In this document: positions 50,585-60,498 of the stretch, in pieces
How the letters are laid out: the number at the start of each line of letters is the position of its first letter
Numbering within the stretch: the first letter of the stretch is position 1
NCBI GenBank assembly: GCA_041919095.1
Contig: JAYRUL010000001.1
Location: 21,779 to 85,778, forward strand
Reading direction: 5' to 3'
From: Rhodoferax sp.
GTDB taxonomy: Bacteria; Pseudomonadota; Gammaproteobacteria; Burkholderiales; Burkholderiaceae_C
DNA: 64,000 bases
The notes under the pieces: model-generated
Told to the model about the DNA's origin: nothing
The model's input: the letters and a program-made list of their open reading frames with translations, nothing else
Database searches by the model: none
Program-made: the position numbers and the translations under genes

Positions 50585-50622
50585 TTGATCTGGCTCAAAG
50601 TTTGCGCGTGAAGTAATTCACA
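50585..50622. promoter_or_regulatory. Adjacent FNR-like and CRP-like boxes upstream of the effector locus
   Basis: TTGAT-ctgg-CTCAA (50585-50598) and CGTGA-agtaat-TCACA (50607-50622), each one mismatch from consensus. Confidence 0.4.
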
Positions 50623-50730
50623 CTTTGCGCCGCTTTGTTTCTGCAGCGGTTGGCACACAGTGCGTCGTACCGCCCCACTTGCCCGCTGCGCCCACCCTGC
50701 CCCACTGGGGGCCTGGTCTGGCGCTGCCCG

Positions 50731-50816
50731 AGCGTTCTTGCACGTTTTGAATGCGTTTTAGGGCTGTAGCGCCCGTGGAATATGCGTAAGCAGCTATGGA
50801 ATTAATAGCGAATTGG
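50731..50816. repeat. ~86-bp direct repeat R1 (GCTAT-N7-ATAGC family)
   Basis: agcgttcttgc...gggctgtagc...gcagctatggaattaatagcgaattgg; aligns to 41816-41901. Confidence 0.88.
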
Positions 50817-50896
50817 CAGACACTCCTGGTCCCCGCCATACCCTATTTGGACTGGGCGACCGCCCCAGCGGTTTGCCGCAGCAAGCCTGCACGCCC

Positions 50897-51256
50897 CTAG
50901 GCCAGCGCCAGCGCGCCCAGCCCCAGCAAGGCGGGCACCGTTTGCACCAGCAGGATGCGCCGGCTGACCGTGACGGCCCCCCAGACGCCGGCTACGGCCA
51001 CGCAGCACAAGCCATACACGGTAAAAGCCTGCGCGGTGGGCGCATGGGGCAGCACCAAGCCCAGGGCCAGCGCTGCGGCCAGAAAGCCGTTGTAGCAACC
51101 CTGGTTGGACATGGCCGGTGCCAGCAGCGCCACGTTTTCCTTGGGCACGCCAAAGACCTTGCGCCCCCGGGTCTGGAACAGCACGGTTTCCAGCAAGAAG
51201 ATGTAAAGGTGCAGCACCATGACGGCAAAGGCAATGATCTGGGCGGCAAGCTGCAT
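50897..51256 (-). CDS. DUF1304 family membrane protein
   Basis: 'LHLYIFLLE', 'NQGCYNGFLA', 'VQTVPALL'. Start reassigned to 51256. Confidence 0.88.
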   Translation of the reverse strand: MQLAAQIIAFAVMVLHLYIFLLETVLFQTRGRKVFGVPKENVALLAPAMSNQGCYNGFLAAALALGLVLPHAPTAQAFTVYGLCCVAVAGVWGAVTVSRRILLVQTVPALLGLGALALA

Positions 51257-51287
51257 GGCGGATTCCTGGGGTGCTGCGGGGACGGGG

Positions 51288-52358
51288 CTAGAACAGTTCG
51301 ATGTCGCCGACCTTGGTCTCGCCCTTGAGCAAGCCGCGGTTGACCAGATCGCTTTCGCTGCAGACCTGGTTGCGCCCGTGCTGTTTGGCGTAGTAGACGG
51401 CCTGGTCGGCGCGTTCGCAGGCGGCCGACGGGGTGTCGCCGGGCATGATCTGGGTAAAGCCCACACTGGCGGTCTTGTGGCCCACCTGCGGAAACGGGTG
51501 TTGCTCCATGGCGGTGCGAAAGCGCTCCAGGGCGGCGTGGGCAGCGTCGTGGCTGTCGGCCCGCAAGACCACCACGAATTCTTCGCCCCCAAAGCGGTAG
51601 ACGCGGTCGTAGGCACGAAAGGAGGATTTGAGCAGCCGCGCCACCAGAATCAAGACTTCATCGCCAATGAGGTGGCCGTAGGTGTCGTTGACTTGCTTGA
51701 AGTGGTCGATGTCGATCATGGCCAGCCAAAAATGCGACGGGGTGGCCACGGCCCGGTGTTCCACCGCGCCCGGGGGTAGCTCGGGGGTTTCCGTCGGATG
51801 CAGCACTTTGTAGAACAGGTCTTCAAACGGCTTGCGGTTGAAGAGGCCGGTGAGTGCATCGCATTCGCTGTAGTCCAGCATGTCGAGCATGTTGCAGTAC
51901 ATGGCGATCAGGCGCTGGGCGGTGGTCAGGTCGCCGGGGCCGAGGGGTTGCGCCGACTGGATTTCGGCCACACCCCAGACGCTGGCGCCATCGGCCAGCA
52001 CCATGGGCAGGCAGGTGTTCCAGTGGGTGCGCGTGGCGTCGGGCGCTTCGGTGATGGTGGCCACCTGTTCCAGGCATTGCATGCGCTGGGCGTTGGCGTG
52101 CACGGGCACCAGAGCTTCGAGCTGGGTGTGCATGGGGTCAGACACAAAGCGCACCGGTTGGCCCGCGCGTGCCTGGGTCAGCGAGAGCCAGTAGCGTTGG
52201 TTTTCGTCGAGCACGACGCTGTGGATTTCGACCCAGTCGGCGGGCAGGTCGTCGGCCAGCGCCTGGGTCAGGGTGCCCAGCAGGTCTTCGCGCCGGCGCA
52301 ATCCGCTCAGGCGCACCAGGTGGTCCGCAAGTTGGTTGTGGGGGGCGTTGGCGGTCAT
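51288..52358 (-). CDS. Diguanylate cyclase (GAF-like plus GGDEF)
   Basis: 'DALTGLFNR', 'DIDHFKQVNDTYGH', RxxD I-site, GGEEF. Confidence 0.92.
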   Translation of the reverse strand: MTANAPHNQLADHLVRLSGLRRREDLLGTLTQALADDLPADWVEIHSVVLDENQRYWLSLTQARAGQPVRFVSDPMHTQLEALVPVHANAQRMQCLEQVATITEAPDATRTHWNTCLPMVLADGASVWGVAEIQSAQPLGPGDLTTAQRLIAMYCNMLDMLDYSECDALTGLFNRKPFEDLFYKVLHPTETPELPPGAVEHRAVATPSHFWLAMIDIDHFKQVNDTYGHLIGDEVLILVARLLKSSFRAYDRVYRFGGEEFVVVLRADSHDAAHAALERFRTAMEQHPFPQVGHKTASVGFTQIMPGDTPSAACERADQAVYYAKQHGRNQVCSESDLVNRGLLKGETKVGDIELF

Positions 52359-53341
52359 GGCGTGGGCGGCACTTGCAGCGCCGGGGTCTGGGCCGGCAGC
52401 ACAGCGCCGCAGACTTGCGCGCGCCCCCGGTCCTTGGCGGCATAGAGTTGGGTGTCGGTAAAGCGCACCAGGGCCAGTGCGTCAGCGCTGGAGACCAGGG
52501 TGCGCGCTCCCACGCCCAGGCTGACGGTGACCACCGGCCCCGCACTGGAGGCCGCATGCGGGACTTGTAGGGCACGCACCCGGCGCTCCAGTTCACCGGC
52601 CAGGGCCATGGCGTCGTCGAAGGCAGTTTCGGGCAGGATGCAGGCGAATTCTTCGCCGCCAAAGCGGGCCACCAGGTCGCCCGGGCGGCGCAGGCAGGAT
52701 TTGAGGGTGGTGGCGATCTGGCGCAGGCAGTCGTCACCGGCCAGATGGCCGTAGTGGTCGTTGTAGGCCTTGAAGTGGTCTACATCCAGCAGGATGATCG
52801 ACAACGGGGTGCCCGCACGCGAGGCACGCGCCCATTCGGTGGCCAGTTGCTGGTCAAAAAAACGCCGGTTGAATACGCCGGTCAACCCGTCCAAAAAGGC
52901 CATCTTGCGCAGCAGGTCGGACTGGAACTTGAGGGTCAGGTGCGTGCGCACGCGCGCCTGCACCACGGCAGGCGTGATGGGCTTGGAGATGAAATCCACC
53001 GCCCCCAGCGACAGGCCGTGGGTTTCCTGGGCCGGGTCGGTGTGCGCGGTGACGAAGATCACGGGAATGTTGCGGGTGCTTTCCTGGGCCTTGAGCTGGG
53101 TGCAGACTTCAAAGCCGTCCATGCCCGGCATGACGATGTCCAGCAGCACCAGATCGGGCGGGTTACTCTGGCACAAGGCAAGCGCCTGGGCTCCGTTGGT
53201 GGCCATGAAGAGCTGGTACTCGCTGTCAAACACCTGGTGCATGATCTGGATGTTGATGGGCTGGTCGTCCACCACCAATAGCTTGGGCTTGCCGGGCAGG
53301 GCTCCCAGCATGGCATCCATAGTAGGGGGTGTCAGCGTCAT
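52355..53341 (-). CDS. Response regulator diguanylate cyclase (REC-GGDEF)
   Basis: 'VVDD', 'LLDIVMPGMDG', 'KP', RPGD I-site, GGEEF. Confidence 0.93.
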   Translation of the reverse strand: MTLTPPTMDAMLGALPGKPKLLVVDDQPINIQIMHQVFDSEYQLFMATNGAQALALCQSNPPDLVLLDIVMPGMDGFEVCTQLKAQESTRNIPVIFVTAHTDPAQETHGLSLGAVDFISKPITPAVVQARVRTHLTLKFQSDLLRKMAFLDGLTGVFNRRFFDQQLATEWARASRAGTPLSIILLDVDHFKAYNDHYGHLAGDDCLRQIATTLKSCLRRPGDLVARFGGEEFACILPETAFDDAMALAGELERRVRALQVPHAASSAGPVVTVSLGVGARTLVSSADALALVRFTDTQLYAAKDRGRAQVCGAVLPAQTPALQVPPTP

Positions 53342-53567
53342 GGGCAGGTGCAGCGAATAGTTGCACCTGCATTGGAACACAGCTTTTTCTTGGTGCCATC
53401 ACGCCCGGTGTTGGCGTTTACCCCGTGTCGCATGGGCCATGCGTGGGCCGTGGCCTGGATGCAACAGGCCGGGCCGGTGCGCGGCCGGGGCAATTGGTAT
53501 CGGCACGGTAACCGAGGGGCGGGGGTTCCATGTGAGAATGGCCCATTCTTTTCGAGGAGTGCCATCC

Positions 53568-55001
53568 ATGTCCAACCGCGCCACCAAGATCGTTGCCACC
53601 CTGGGGCCCGCTTCCAGCGACCCTGCCTTGTTGGAGCGCATGATCCGTGCGGGCGTGAACGTGGTGCGGCTGAACTTCAGCCACGGCAAGGCCGAAGACC
53701 ATATCGAGCGTGCCCGCCTGGTGCGCGAAGCGTCGCAGCGCGCTGGCCGCGAGGTGGCCATCATGGCTGACCTGCAAGGCCCCAAGATCCGGGTCGGCAA
53801 GTTCGCCGACAGCAAGGTGTTCCTGGAGCAAGGCCAGTCGTTTGTGCTGGATGCCGCGCGCACCGAGCTGGGCGACCTGCAGGCCGTGGGGCTGGACTAC
53901 AAGGCGTTGCCGCGCGAGGTGAAGGCGGGCGACGTGCTGCTGCTCAACGACGGTTTGATTGTGCTGGACGTCACGGCCGTACGCGGTGAGCAGGTGCACA
54001 CCACCGTGCGCCTGGGCGGCGAGTTGTCCAACAACAAGGGCATCAACAAGCAAGGCGGTGGTCTGACTGCTCCGGCCCTGACGGCCAAGGACATGGAAGA
54101 CATTCGCACCGCCATGCGCCTGCAGGCCGACTACGTGGCGGTGAGCTTTCCCAAGAACGCCACCGATATGGAAATGGCGCGCCAGCTGTGCTATGTGGCC
54201 GGGGCCGAATGGGACCACAAGCCGGGCTTGATCGCCAAGATCGAACGCGCCGAAGCCATCCCCAAACTCGAAGAGATTCTTTCGGCCAGCGACGGCATCA
54301 TGGTCGCGCGCGGCGACCTGGCGGTAGAGGTAGGCAACGCCGCCGTACCGGCCTTGCAAAAGCGCATGATCAAGCTGGCGCGCGAACATGACAAGGTGGT
54401 GATCACCGCCACCCAGATGATGGAGAGCATGATCACCAACCCCGTGCCCACCCGCGCCGAGGTGAGCGATGTGGCCAACGCCGTGCTCGACGGTACCGAC
54501 GCCGTGATGTTGTCTGCTGAAACGGCCGCCGGCAAGTTTCCGCTGGAAACGGTGGAGGAAATGGCCAAGATCTGTGTGGCGGCCGAGTCGGGCGAACATG
54601 TGCGCCTGGATGCCGATTTCACCGGCAAGACTTTCCACCGTATCGACCAGACCATTGCCATGGGGGCCTTGTTCACCGCCCACCACCTGGGTGCCAAGGC
54701 CATCGTGGCCATGACTGACAGCGGCTCCACCGCCCTGTGGATGAGCCGCCACCTGGTGCATGTGCCCATCTACGCGCTGACGCCGCGCGTAGCCAGCCAG
54801 CGGCGCATGACGCTGTACCGCAACGTGCGGCCGCTGCTGATGGACACCAGCGCCGACCGTGACACGGCACTGGGCGATGCCGAACAGCACCTCAAGAAGC
54901 GCGGCATCGTGCAAGCTGGCGATGTGTACGCCATTACCTGCGGCGAACCCATGGGCGCGCCGGGTGGCACCAACATGCTCAAGATCTGCCGGGCGGGGTA
55001 A
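53568..55001 (+). CDS. pyk: Pyruvate kinase
   Basis: 'TKIVATLGPAS', 'RLNFSHG', 'MVARGDL', 'TRAEVSDVANA'. GAGGAG RBS before ATG 53568. Confidence 0.97.
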   Translation: MSNRATKIVATLGPASSDPALLERMIRAGVNVVRLNFSHGKAEDHIERARLVREASQRAGREVAIMADLQGPKIRVGKFADSKVFLEQGQSFVLDAARTELGDLQAVGLDYKALPREVKAGDVLLLNDGLIVLDVTAVRGEQVHTTVRLGGELSNNKGINKQGGGLTAPALTAKDMEDIRTAMRLQADYVAVSFPKNATDMEMARQLCYVAGAEWDHKPGLIAKIERAEAIPKLEEILSASDGIMVARGDLAVEVGNAAVPALQKRMIKLAREHDKVVITATQMMESMITNPVPTRAEVSDVANAVLDGTDAVMLSAETAAGKFPLETVEEMAKICVAAESGEHVRLDADFTGKTFHRIDQTIAMGALFTAHHLGAKAIVAMTDSGSTALWMSRHLVHVPIYALTPRVASQRRMTLYRNVRPLLMDTSADRDTALGDAEQHLKKRGIVQAGDVYAITCGEPMGAPGGTNMLKICRAG

Positions 55002-55144
55002 AGCGCTTATCGGCCCTGTGGGCCTCGGGGCGGCTGTCAGTTTCGGGTTTTCCCTGCCGACTTAAAATGCGGCATCGGTATGAGTTACCAAGCGGTTACC
55101 ACCACGCAGCCGCTCGCACTTTCTAACTTCACAGGGGAAACTTC

Positions 55145-56209
55145 ATGGCACTCGTCTCCATGCGCGAACTGTTGGACCATGCGGCGGCCAACGGCTACGG
55201 CATTCCGGCATTCAACGTCAACAACCTCGAGCAGGTGCAGGCCGTCATGGCCGCTGCCGACGAGGTGGGCGCACCGGTCATCTTGCAAGCCAGCGCCGGA
55301 GCACGCAAGTACGCGGGCGAGAGCTTCATCAAGCACCTGATCCAGGCCGCCACCGAAGCCTACCCCCACATCCCTTTGGTGATGCACCAGGACCATGGCA
55401 CCTCGCCCCAGGTGTGCCAAGGCGCCATTAACCTCGGCTTTGGCTCGGTGATGATGGACGGCTCTCTCAAGGAAGACGGCAAGACGCCCGCCGACTTTGC
55501 CTACAACGTGGCCGTCACCCAGAAGGTGGTGGCCATGGCCCATGCCGTGGGCGTTACCGTGGAGGGTGAATTGGGCTGCCTGGGTTCGCTGGAAACCGGC
55601 GAAGCGGGTGAGGAAGACGGTATCGGCGCCGTGGGCAAGCTCGACCACAGCCAGATGCTGACCGATCCGGAAGAGGCCGCCCAGTTTGTGCAAGCCACGC
55701 AGCTCGACGCACTGGCGATTGCCATTGGTACCAGCCACGGTGCCTACAAGTTCACCCGCCCGCCCACCGGCGACGTGCTGGCCATCAGCCGGGTCAAGGA
55801 AATCAACCGCCGCATTCCCAACACCCATCTGGTGATGCACGGCTCCAGCAGCGTGCCGCAGGACCTGCTGGCTGTCATCAACCAGTACGGCGGCAAGATG
55901 AAGGAGACCTATGGCGTGCCGGTGGCCGAAATCCAGGAAGCCATCAAGTACGGCGTGCGCAAGGTCAACATCGACACCGACATCCGCCTGGCCATGACCG
56001 GCGCCGTGCGCAAGTTCCTGGCCGAGAACCCCGACAAGTTCGACGCCCGCGAATGGCTCAAGCCCGCCCGCGAAGCCGCCAAGGCCATCTGCAAGCAGCG
56101 CTACATCGAGTTCGGCTGCGAAGGCCAGGGTGGCAAGGTCAAGGGCGACAGCCTGTCGATCATGGCCACCAAGTACGCCAAGGGTGAGCTGGCCCAGGTA
56201 GTCCAGTAA
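55145..56209 (+). CDS. fba: Fructose-bisphosphate aldolase class II
   Basis: 'HQDHG', 'GTSHGAYK', 'MHGSS', 'KVNIDTD'. Confidence 0.97.
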   Translation: MALVSMRELLDHAAANGYGIPAFNVNNLEQVQAVMAAADEVGAPVILQASAGARKYAGESFIKHLIQAATEAYPHIPLVMHQDHGTSPQVCQGAINLGFGSVMMDGSLKEDGKTPADFAYNVAVTQKVVAMAHAVGVTVEGELGCLGSLETGEAGEEDGIGAVGKLDHSQMLTDPEEAAQFVQATQLDALAIAIGTSHGAYKFTRPPTGDVLAISRVKEINRRIPNTHLVMHGSSSVPQDLLAVINQYGGKMKETYGVPVAEIQEAIKYGVRKVNIDTDIRLAMTGAVRKFLAENPDKFDAREWLKPAREAAKAICKQRYIEFGCEGQGGKVKGDSLSIMATKYAKGELAQVVQ

Positions 56210-56233
56210 GCGATAATTCGCAGGAATAGTTAC

Positions 56234-56266
56234 AGGCCCGCTGACGACTGTTCAGCGGGCCTTTTT
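56234..56266 (+). terminator. Rho-independent terminator after fba
   Basis: aggcccgctga-cgactgt-tcagcgggcct-tttt. Confidence 0.85.
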
Positions 56267-56297
56267 CATTGTTGCTTCTCTCATTGCGTGACCGACC

Positions 56298-57206
56298 ATG
56301 AGCTCCACCGTCCACACCTCCGCCCTGCACTCCCTGCCCCTGCTTGCCCGAGGCAAGGTGCGCGACAATTACGCCGTGGGAGATGACCGCATCCTGATGG
56401 TGGCCAGCGACCGCCTCTCGGCCTTTGACGTGATCATGGGCGAGCCCATTCCCGGCAAGGGCAAGCTGCTCACGCAAATGGCGCTGTTCTGGTTCGACAA
56501 GCTCGGGCCCCAGGGGCTCAACCTGTGCCCGATTCACCTGACTGGGGATGCCCCTGAGAGCGTGGTGCAACCCGATGAAGTAGCCCAGGTGGAAGGCCGC
56601 TCCATGCTGGTCAAGCGCTTGAAGCCCATCCCCGTAGAGGCGGTGGTGCGCGGCTACCTGGCCGGCAGTGGCTGGAAGGAATACCAGGAAAGCGGGTCTG
56701 TGTGCGGTGTGGCGCTGCCAGCCGGGCTGCAAAACGCTTCGCGCCTGCCCGAACCGATCTACACCCCGGCAGCCAAGGCGGCCGTGGGTGACCACGACGA
56801 GAACATCACCTTCGACAAAACCGCCGAGATGATTGGGCTGGACCTGGCCACGCGCATCCGGGACATCTCGATCGCCATCTACAAGGCCGCTGCAGAATTT
56901 GCCTTGCAAAAGGGCATCATCATTGCCGACACCAAGTTCGAGTTTGGTCTGGACCAGGACGGCACCCTGACACTGATGGACGAGGTGCTCACCCCCGATT
57001 CCTCGCGCTACTGGCCCATGGAAAGCTATGCCGAAGGCAGCAACCCGCCCAGCTACGACAAGCAGTTTGTGCGCGACTGGCTGGAGCAGGTGCAGGTGGA
57101 TGGCAAGCCCTGGAACAAGACCCCCCCAGCCCCGCGCGTGCCCGACGCGGTCATTGCCAAGACCGCCGCCAAGTACCAAGAAGCGCTGCAGCGACTGACC
57201 CGCTAG
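56298..57206 (+). CDS. purC: SAICAR synthase
   Basis: 'RGKVRD', 'DRLSAFD', 'ADTKFEFG', 'TPDSSR'. Confidence 0.97.
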   Translation: MSSTVHTSALHSLPLLARGKVRDNYAVGDDRILMVASDRLSAFDVIMGEPIPGKGKLLTQMALFWFDKLGPQGLNLCPIHLTGDAPESVVQPDEVAQVEGRSMLVKRLKPIPVEAVVRGYLAGSGWKEYQESGSVCGVALPAGLQNASRLPEPIYTPAAKAAVGDHDENITFDKTAEMIGLDLATRIRDISIAIYKAAAEFALQKGIIIADTKFEFGLDQDGTLTLMDEVLTPDSSRYWPMESYAEGSNPPSYDKQFVRDWLEQVQVDGKPWNKTPPAPRVPDAVIAKTAAKYQEALQRLTR

Positions 57207-57217
57207 GTCTGCGCCCC

Positions 57218-59485
57218 TCAGGCTGCCTTGCTGCGACGGTTGCGGGTGGCGGCCGGTTTGCGCCGGGCTGCAACCGGGGGCTGCAGCATCCCGTGGGTCA
57301 AGGCGCAGGCCAGGTCCATGACCCGGGCGGGGTCCACGTCCAGGGTGGCAATCAGAAACTCGATGATTTCCGAGCGCGGGTTGTGCAAGGTGGGCTCGAT
57401 CATCATGACCGCCGCCGAGAGCGCCAGCGCGCGTTCACGCAGTTCGGCGGTCGGCAGCATGGCATGCAGGGCATTGAGTGCTTCCACCGGCGCCACCGCC
57501 GTGATGCGGGCCTGCTCCTTGAGCAGGCCCGCCCAATTGAGGGTCGTCTCACCCGCGCCTAGCGTACCGCTGGGCATGCGTGCGAGTAGTTTGGCCAGGC
57601 GGAAGCTGCGCCGCTCAAAGGCGCCGACCGAAACCATGCCCGCCAGTACGATGCGGCACACCGCTTCGGCAAAACCGCCTTCGTCCAAATGCGGCAGTAC
57701 GGCCGCGCGCGCGGTTTCGATGTCTTGCTCGGCGCGCTGCCGCGCCACCTCGGCGTCGGGCGTATTGGGTGCAAACCAGGCACCGAGCGCCTTTTCACCG
57801 TAGAGGCTGCGTGCCCAGGCAATGGTGGCCTGGTCGCGCTGGTCGCGAAACTGGTCCAGCAGGGACGTGATGGCTCCGTCAAGATTGCGTTCGACCGTTT
57901 TGAGCGGGTGGTCCTGCGCCACGGGTGCGCGGTGCTCACGCACCCAGTTTGCCTGCGCACGGATCAACGGGGCCAGGGGGTGTCGATCGGACAACCCCTC
58001 GCGCTGCATGCGCAAGGGATGCAGCTTGCCCAGGAAGTCGCCCTGCGCCTGGCTGGCAAACAGGCGCACCCACGGACGCACGAAGGTTTTATAGGCCGTG
58101 GCATTGGCCTGGGAAACCTTGGCCACCGTGGAAAAGAGCGCCTCTTCATCGCGACCTTCTGGATTGAGCGCCAGAATGTCCTGCATGGTGCGGTGCGCAT
58201 AGTGCACGGTGTAGTCGCCCGGCTCCAGTTCTTCCCACCGCTGCGCTTCCTTGCCGGCTTTGGCTTCGAGCTTCATTTCGTACAGACCCGGCGGCAGGCT
58301 TTCAATCATGTCCAGCGAGGCCACCAGCTGGTCATGTTCCTTGCGCGCGATTTCGCCCCCGACAAAGATTCCCAGGTGCCCCACGCTTTCGTGCAGCACA
58401 TAGATGATGGTGCGCCCGGCTGCGGCAATGGCGCGCTCGTCACCCCAGGTGTCCACGATCCAATTGAGCGCCTGGGGTACCGGGGTGATGTTGTCACCGT
58501 GCGAAGCGAACACCACCACCGGCGCGGTGATGGCACGCAGGTCGACGGCACGTTCGCCATCCATGACCGTGCCGCGTGCCAGACGGTTGCCCACAAACAG
58601 GTTTTCCACAATGCCCTCGATCTCGGCACCGGTCATGCGAAAGAAGCCACCCCACCATTTCTCGAACTCCAGAAAGCGCTCGGTTTCGGTGTCCACATTG
58701 GCCCACAGCTTGTAGTACCGGCTCCAGAACGAATTGGACGGATTGAGCCGTTCAAAGTTGTCCACCAGGTGCGCACCATCGAAGCGGTCGCCCGCCAGAT
58801 CGGCCGTGAACGAGGCCAGCCACGACCCCCCCAGCGCTGCACCGGCATAGCGCATGGGGTTGAGGGTGGAAGCGCCGGCCCAGTAGGACAGCGGCGCACC
58901 CACCACCATGAGCGGCCCGAAGAGCTCGGGACGCGAGGCGTTGAGCGCCATCATCGCCCACCCGGCCTGGCAGTTGCCAATGACCACCGGTCGCGCCGCG
59001 CAATGGGGGTGGCGCCGGATGACGGTTTCCAGGAAGTGGCCTTCCGCATGCAACACGTCAAACAGGGTTTGGCCCGCTTCGGGCTGGGGCTTGAAGGTAA
59101 TGAAGTACACCGCGTGGCCCGCGCGCATGGCTACGCCCACTTCCGAGTCAAACTTGAACCCGCCAATGCCGGGGCCATGTCCGGCACGCGGATCCACCAC
59201 CACCACCGGCCGCAGTGCAGGGTCAACGGGAAAATCAGACGGCGGCAGCATGCGCAACAAGGCGTAGTTGCACGGTCGCTGCAAGTCGGCACCGTCCACC
59301 ACGGTTTCGTAGTCGAACTTGAGCAAGGGTGGCGTACCTTGTGCCAGGTGTTCCTGGTAGGCATTGCCACGGTCGAGCAAGGTGTCCAGAAACAGCACGT
59401 TGCGCTGGGCAAAGTCGGTCCAGTAGTCCAACGGAGTCGCGGCCGTGGGCTCGGGTTGGGTGTGGTTGGGTTTGCGCGCGGTCAC
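57218..59485 (-). CDS. DUF3141 domain alpha/beta-hydrolase (PHA-synthase-like)
   Basis: 'DPRAGHGPGIGGFK', GNCQAG nucleophile elbow, 'DNITP', 'GHLGIF'. GTG start at 59485 with a GGGGGA RBS is tentative. Confidence 0.85.
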   Translation of the reverse strand: MTARKPNHTQPEPTAATPLDYWTDFAQRNVLFLDTLLDRGNAYQEHLAQGTPPLLKFDYETVVDGADLQRPCNYALLRMLPPSDFPVDPALRPVVVVDPRAGHGPGIGGFKFDSEVGVAMRAGHAVYFITFKPQPEAGQTLFDVLHAEGHFLETVIRRHPHCAARPVVIGNCQAGWAMMALNASRPELFGPLMVVGAPLSYWAGASTLNPMRYAGAALGGSWLASFTADLAGDRFDGAHLVDNFERLNPSNSFWSRYYKLWANVDTETERFLEFEKWWGGFFRMTGAEIEGIVENLFVGNRLARGTVMDGERAVDLRAITAPVVVFASHGDNITPVPQALNWIVDTWGDERAIAAAGRTIIYVLHESVGHLGIFVGGEIARKEHDQLVASLDMIESLPPGLYEMKLEAKAGKEAQRWEELEPGDYTVHYAHRTMQDILALNPEGRDEEALFSTVAKVSQANATAYKTFVRPWVRLFASQAQGDFLGKLHPLRMQREGLSDRHPLAPLIRAQANWVREHRAPVAQDHPLKTVERNLDGAITSLLDQFRDQRDQATIAWARSLYGEKALGAWFAPNTPDAEVARQRAEQDIETARAAVLPHLDEGGFAEAVCRIVLAGMVSVGAFERRSFRLAKLLARMPSGTLGAGETTLNWAGLLKEQARITAVAPVEALNALHAMLPTAELRERALALSAAVMMIEPTLHNPRSEIIEFLIATLDVDPARVMDLACALTHGMLQPPVAARRKPAATRNRRSKAA

Positions 59486-59561
59486 GATGAATTCCCCCGG
59501 TTGCGCCCCCCATTTGGTGGCAAACTCAGTATATAGACGATCCCAGAAAGTGCCCACCGCC

Positions 59562-60410
59562 ATGGACCTCCACCGCCTGCTGGACCAGCCCAACAAACTG
59601 CCGACCATTCCGAAGGTGGCGCAACAGGTGATTGCCAGTTTCGGCTCCGAAGACGTGTCGGTGGCAGAGATCGCCGCCCAGATTGCCACCGACCCTGCCC
59701 TGACCGCCAAGTTGCTGCGCTTGGCCAACTCGGCCTACTTTCGGGTGTCGCGCACCATCGGCACCGTGGACGATGCCCTGCGCATGCTGGGGTTTGTGAT
59801 GGTGCGCAATCTGGTGCTGGGCAACAGCATGGCGGCGGCCTTCAAGAACACCCCGGGGCTGGATCTGGCGCTGTTCTGGCGCTACAACCTCTACACCGCG
59901 TGCACGGCGCGTTGGCTGGCGCAGGCCCATGATGGCAACGGCGATCTGGCGTTCACCGTGGGCTTGATGCACGGTATCGGCCAGTTGCACCTGCACAGCG
60001 CCGCGCCCGAAGCCGTAGCCCCGCTGGACCGCCAATGCCCGGTTCTGGACGCCCAACGAGCCGTCCTGGAACGCCAGGCGCTGGGTTTTCACTATGGCGA
60101 TGTCACTGCCGCCCTGGCCGGGCTGTGGCATTTGCCCGAGCCCCTCATCGACGCCTTGCGCGCGGTACCCGATCCGTTGCAGGACGCCGCGCTGTCCGAG
60201 CCCGCAGCCTGGGTGCACCTGAGTGCGTGGCGCGCCCGCTGCGAGGTCCTGGCCCTGGACGAGGCCACGGCACGCGCCACATACCCGACCGAAGTCGCCC
60301 GTCGGTTGCAGGTGGCAGCCGGTTGGGCACCGTTGCTGGCGCAACCGGGATCGCCGTCGATGCCGGACCTGCACGAACTGACCCAGGGACTCGAAGAGAT
60401 GCTGGGCTAG
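59562..60410 (+). CDS. HDOD domain protein
   Basis: 'LPTIP', 'DPALTAKLLRLANS', 'GLMHGIG'. Confidence 0.9.
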   Translation: MDLHRLLDQPNKLPTIPKVAQQVIASFGSEDVSVAEIAAQIATDPALTAKLLRLANSAYFRVSRTIGTVDDALRMLGFVMVRNLVLGNSMAAAFKNTPGLDLALFWRYNLYTACTARWLAQAHDGNGDLAFTVGLMHGIGQLHLHSAAPEAVAPLDRQCPVLDAQRAVLERQALGFHYGDVTAALAGLWHLPEPLIDALRAVPDPLQDAALSEPAAWVHLSAWRARCEVLALDEATARATYPTEVARRLQVAAGWAPLLAQPGSPSMPDLHELTQGLEEMLG

Positions 60411-60498
60411 GGTGCCAGCCGAACTGGGCGGCAACCCCTAGGGTTTTCCCGCATCCTTTTGGCACAATGGGCCATCCATTCAACCGAGCACCGTTGCC

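Noticed and set aside
27747-50816. Prophage, ICE or IS as the explanation for the locus
   Set aside because: No integrase, transposase, tRNA target or phage structural genes are visible. The lysozyme motif sits inside a T1SS cargo gene.
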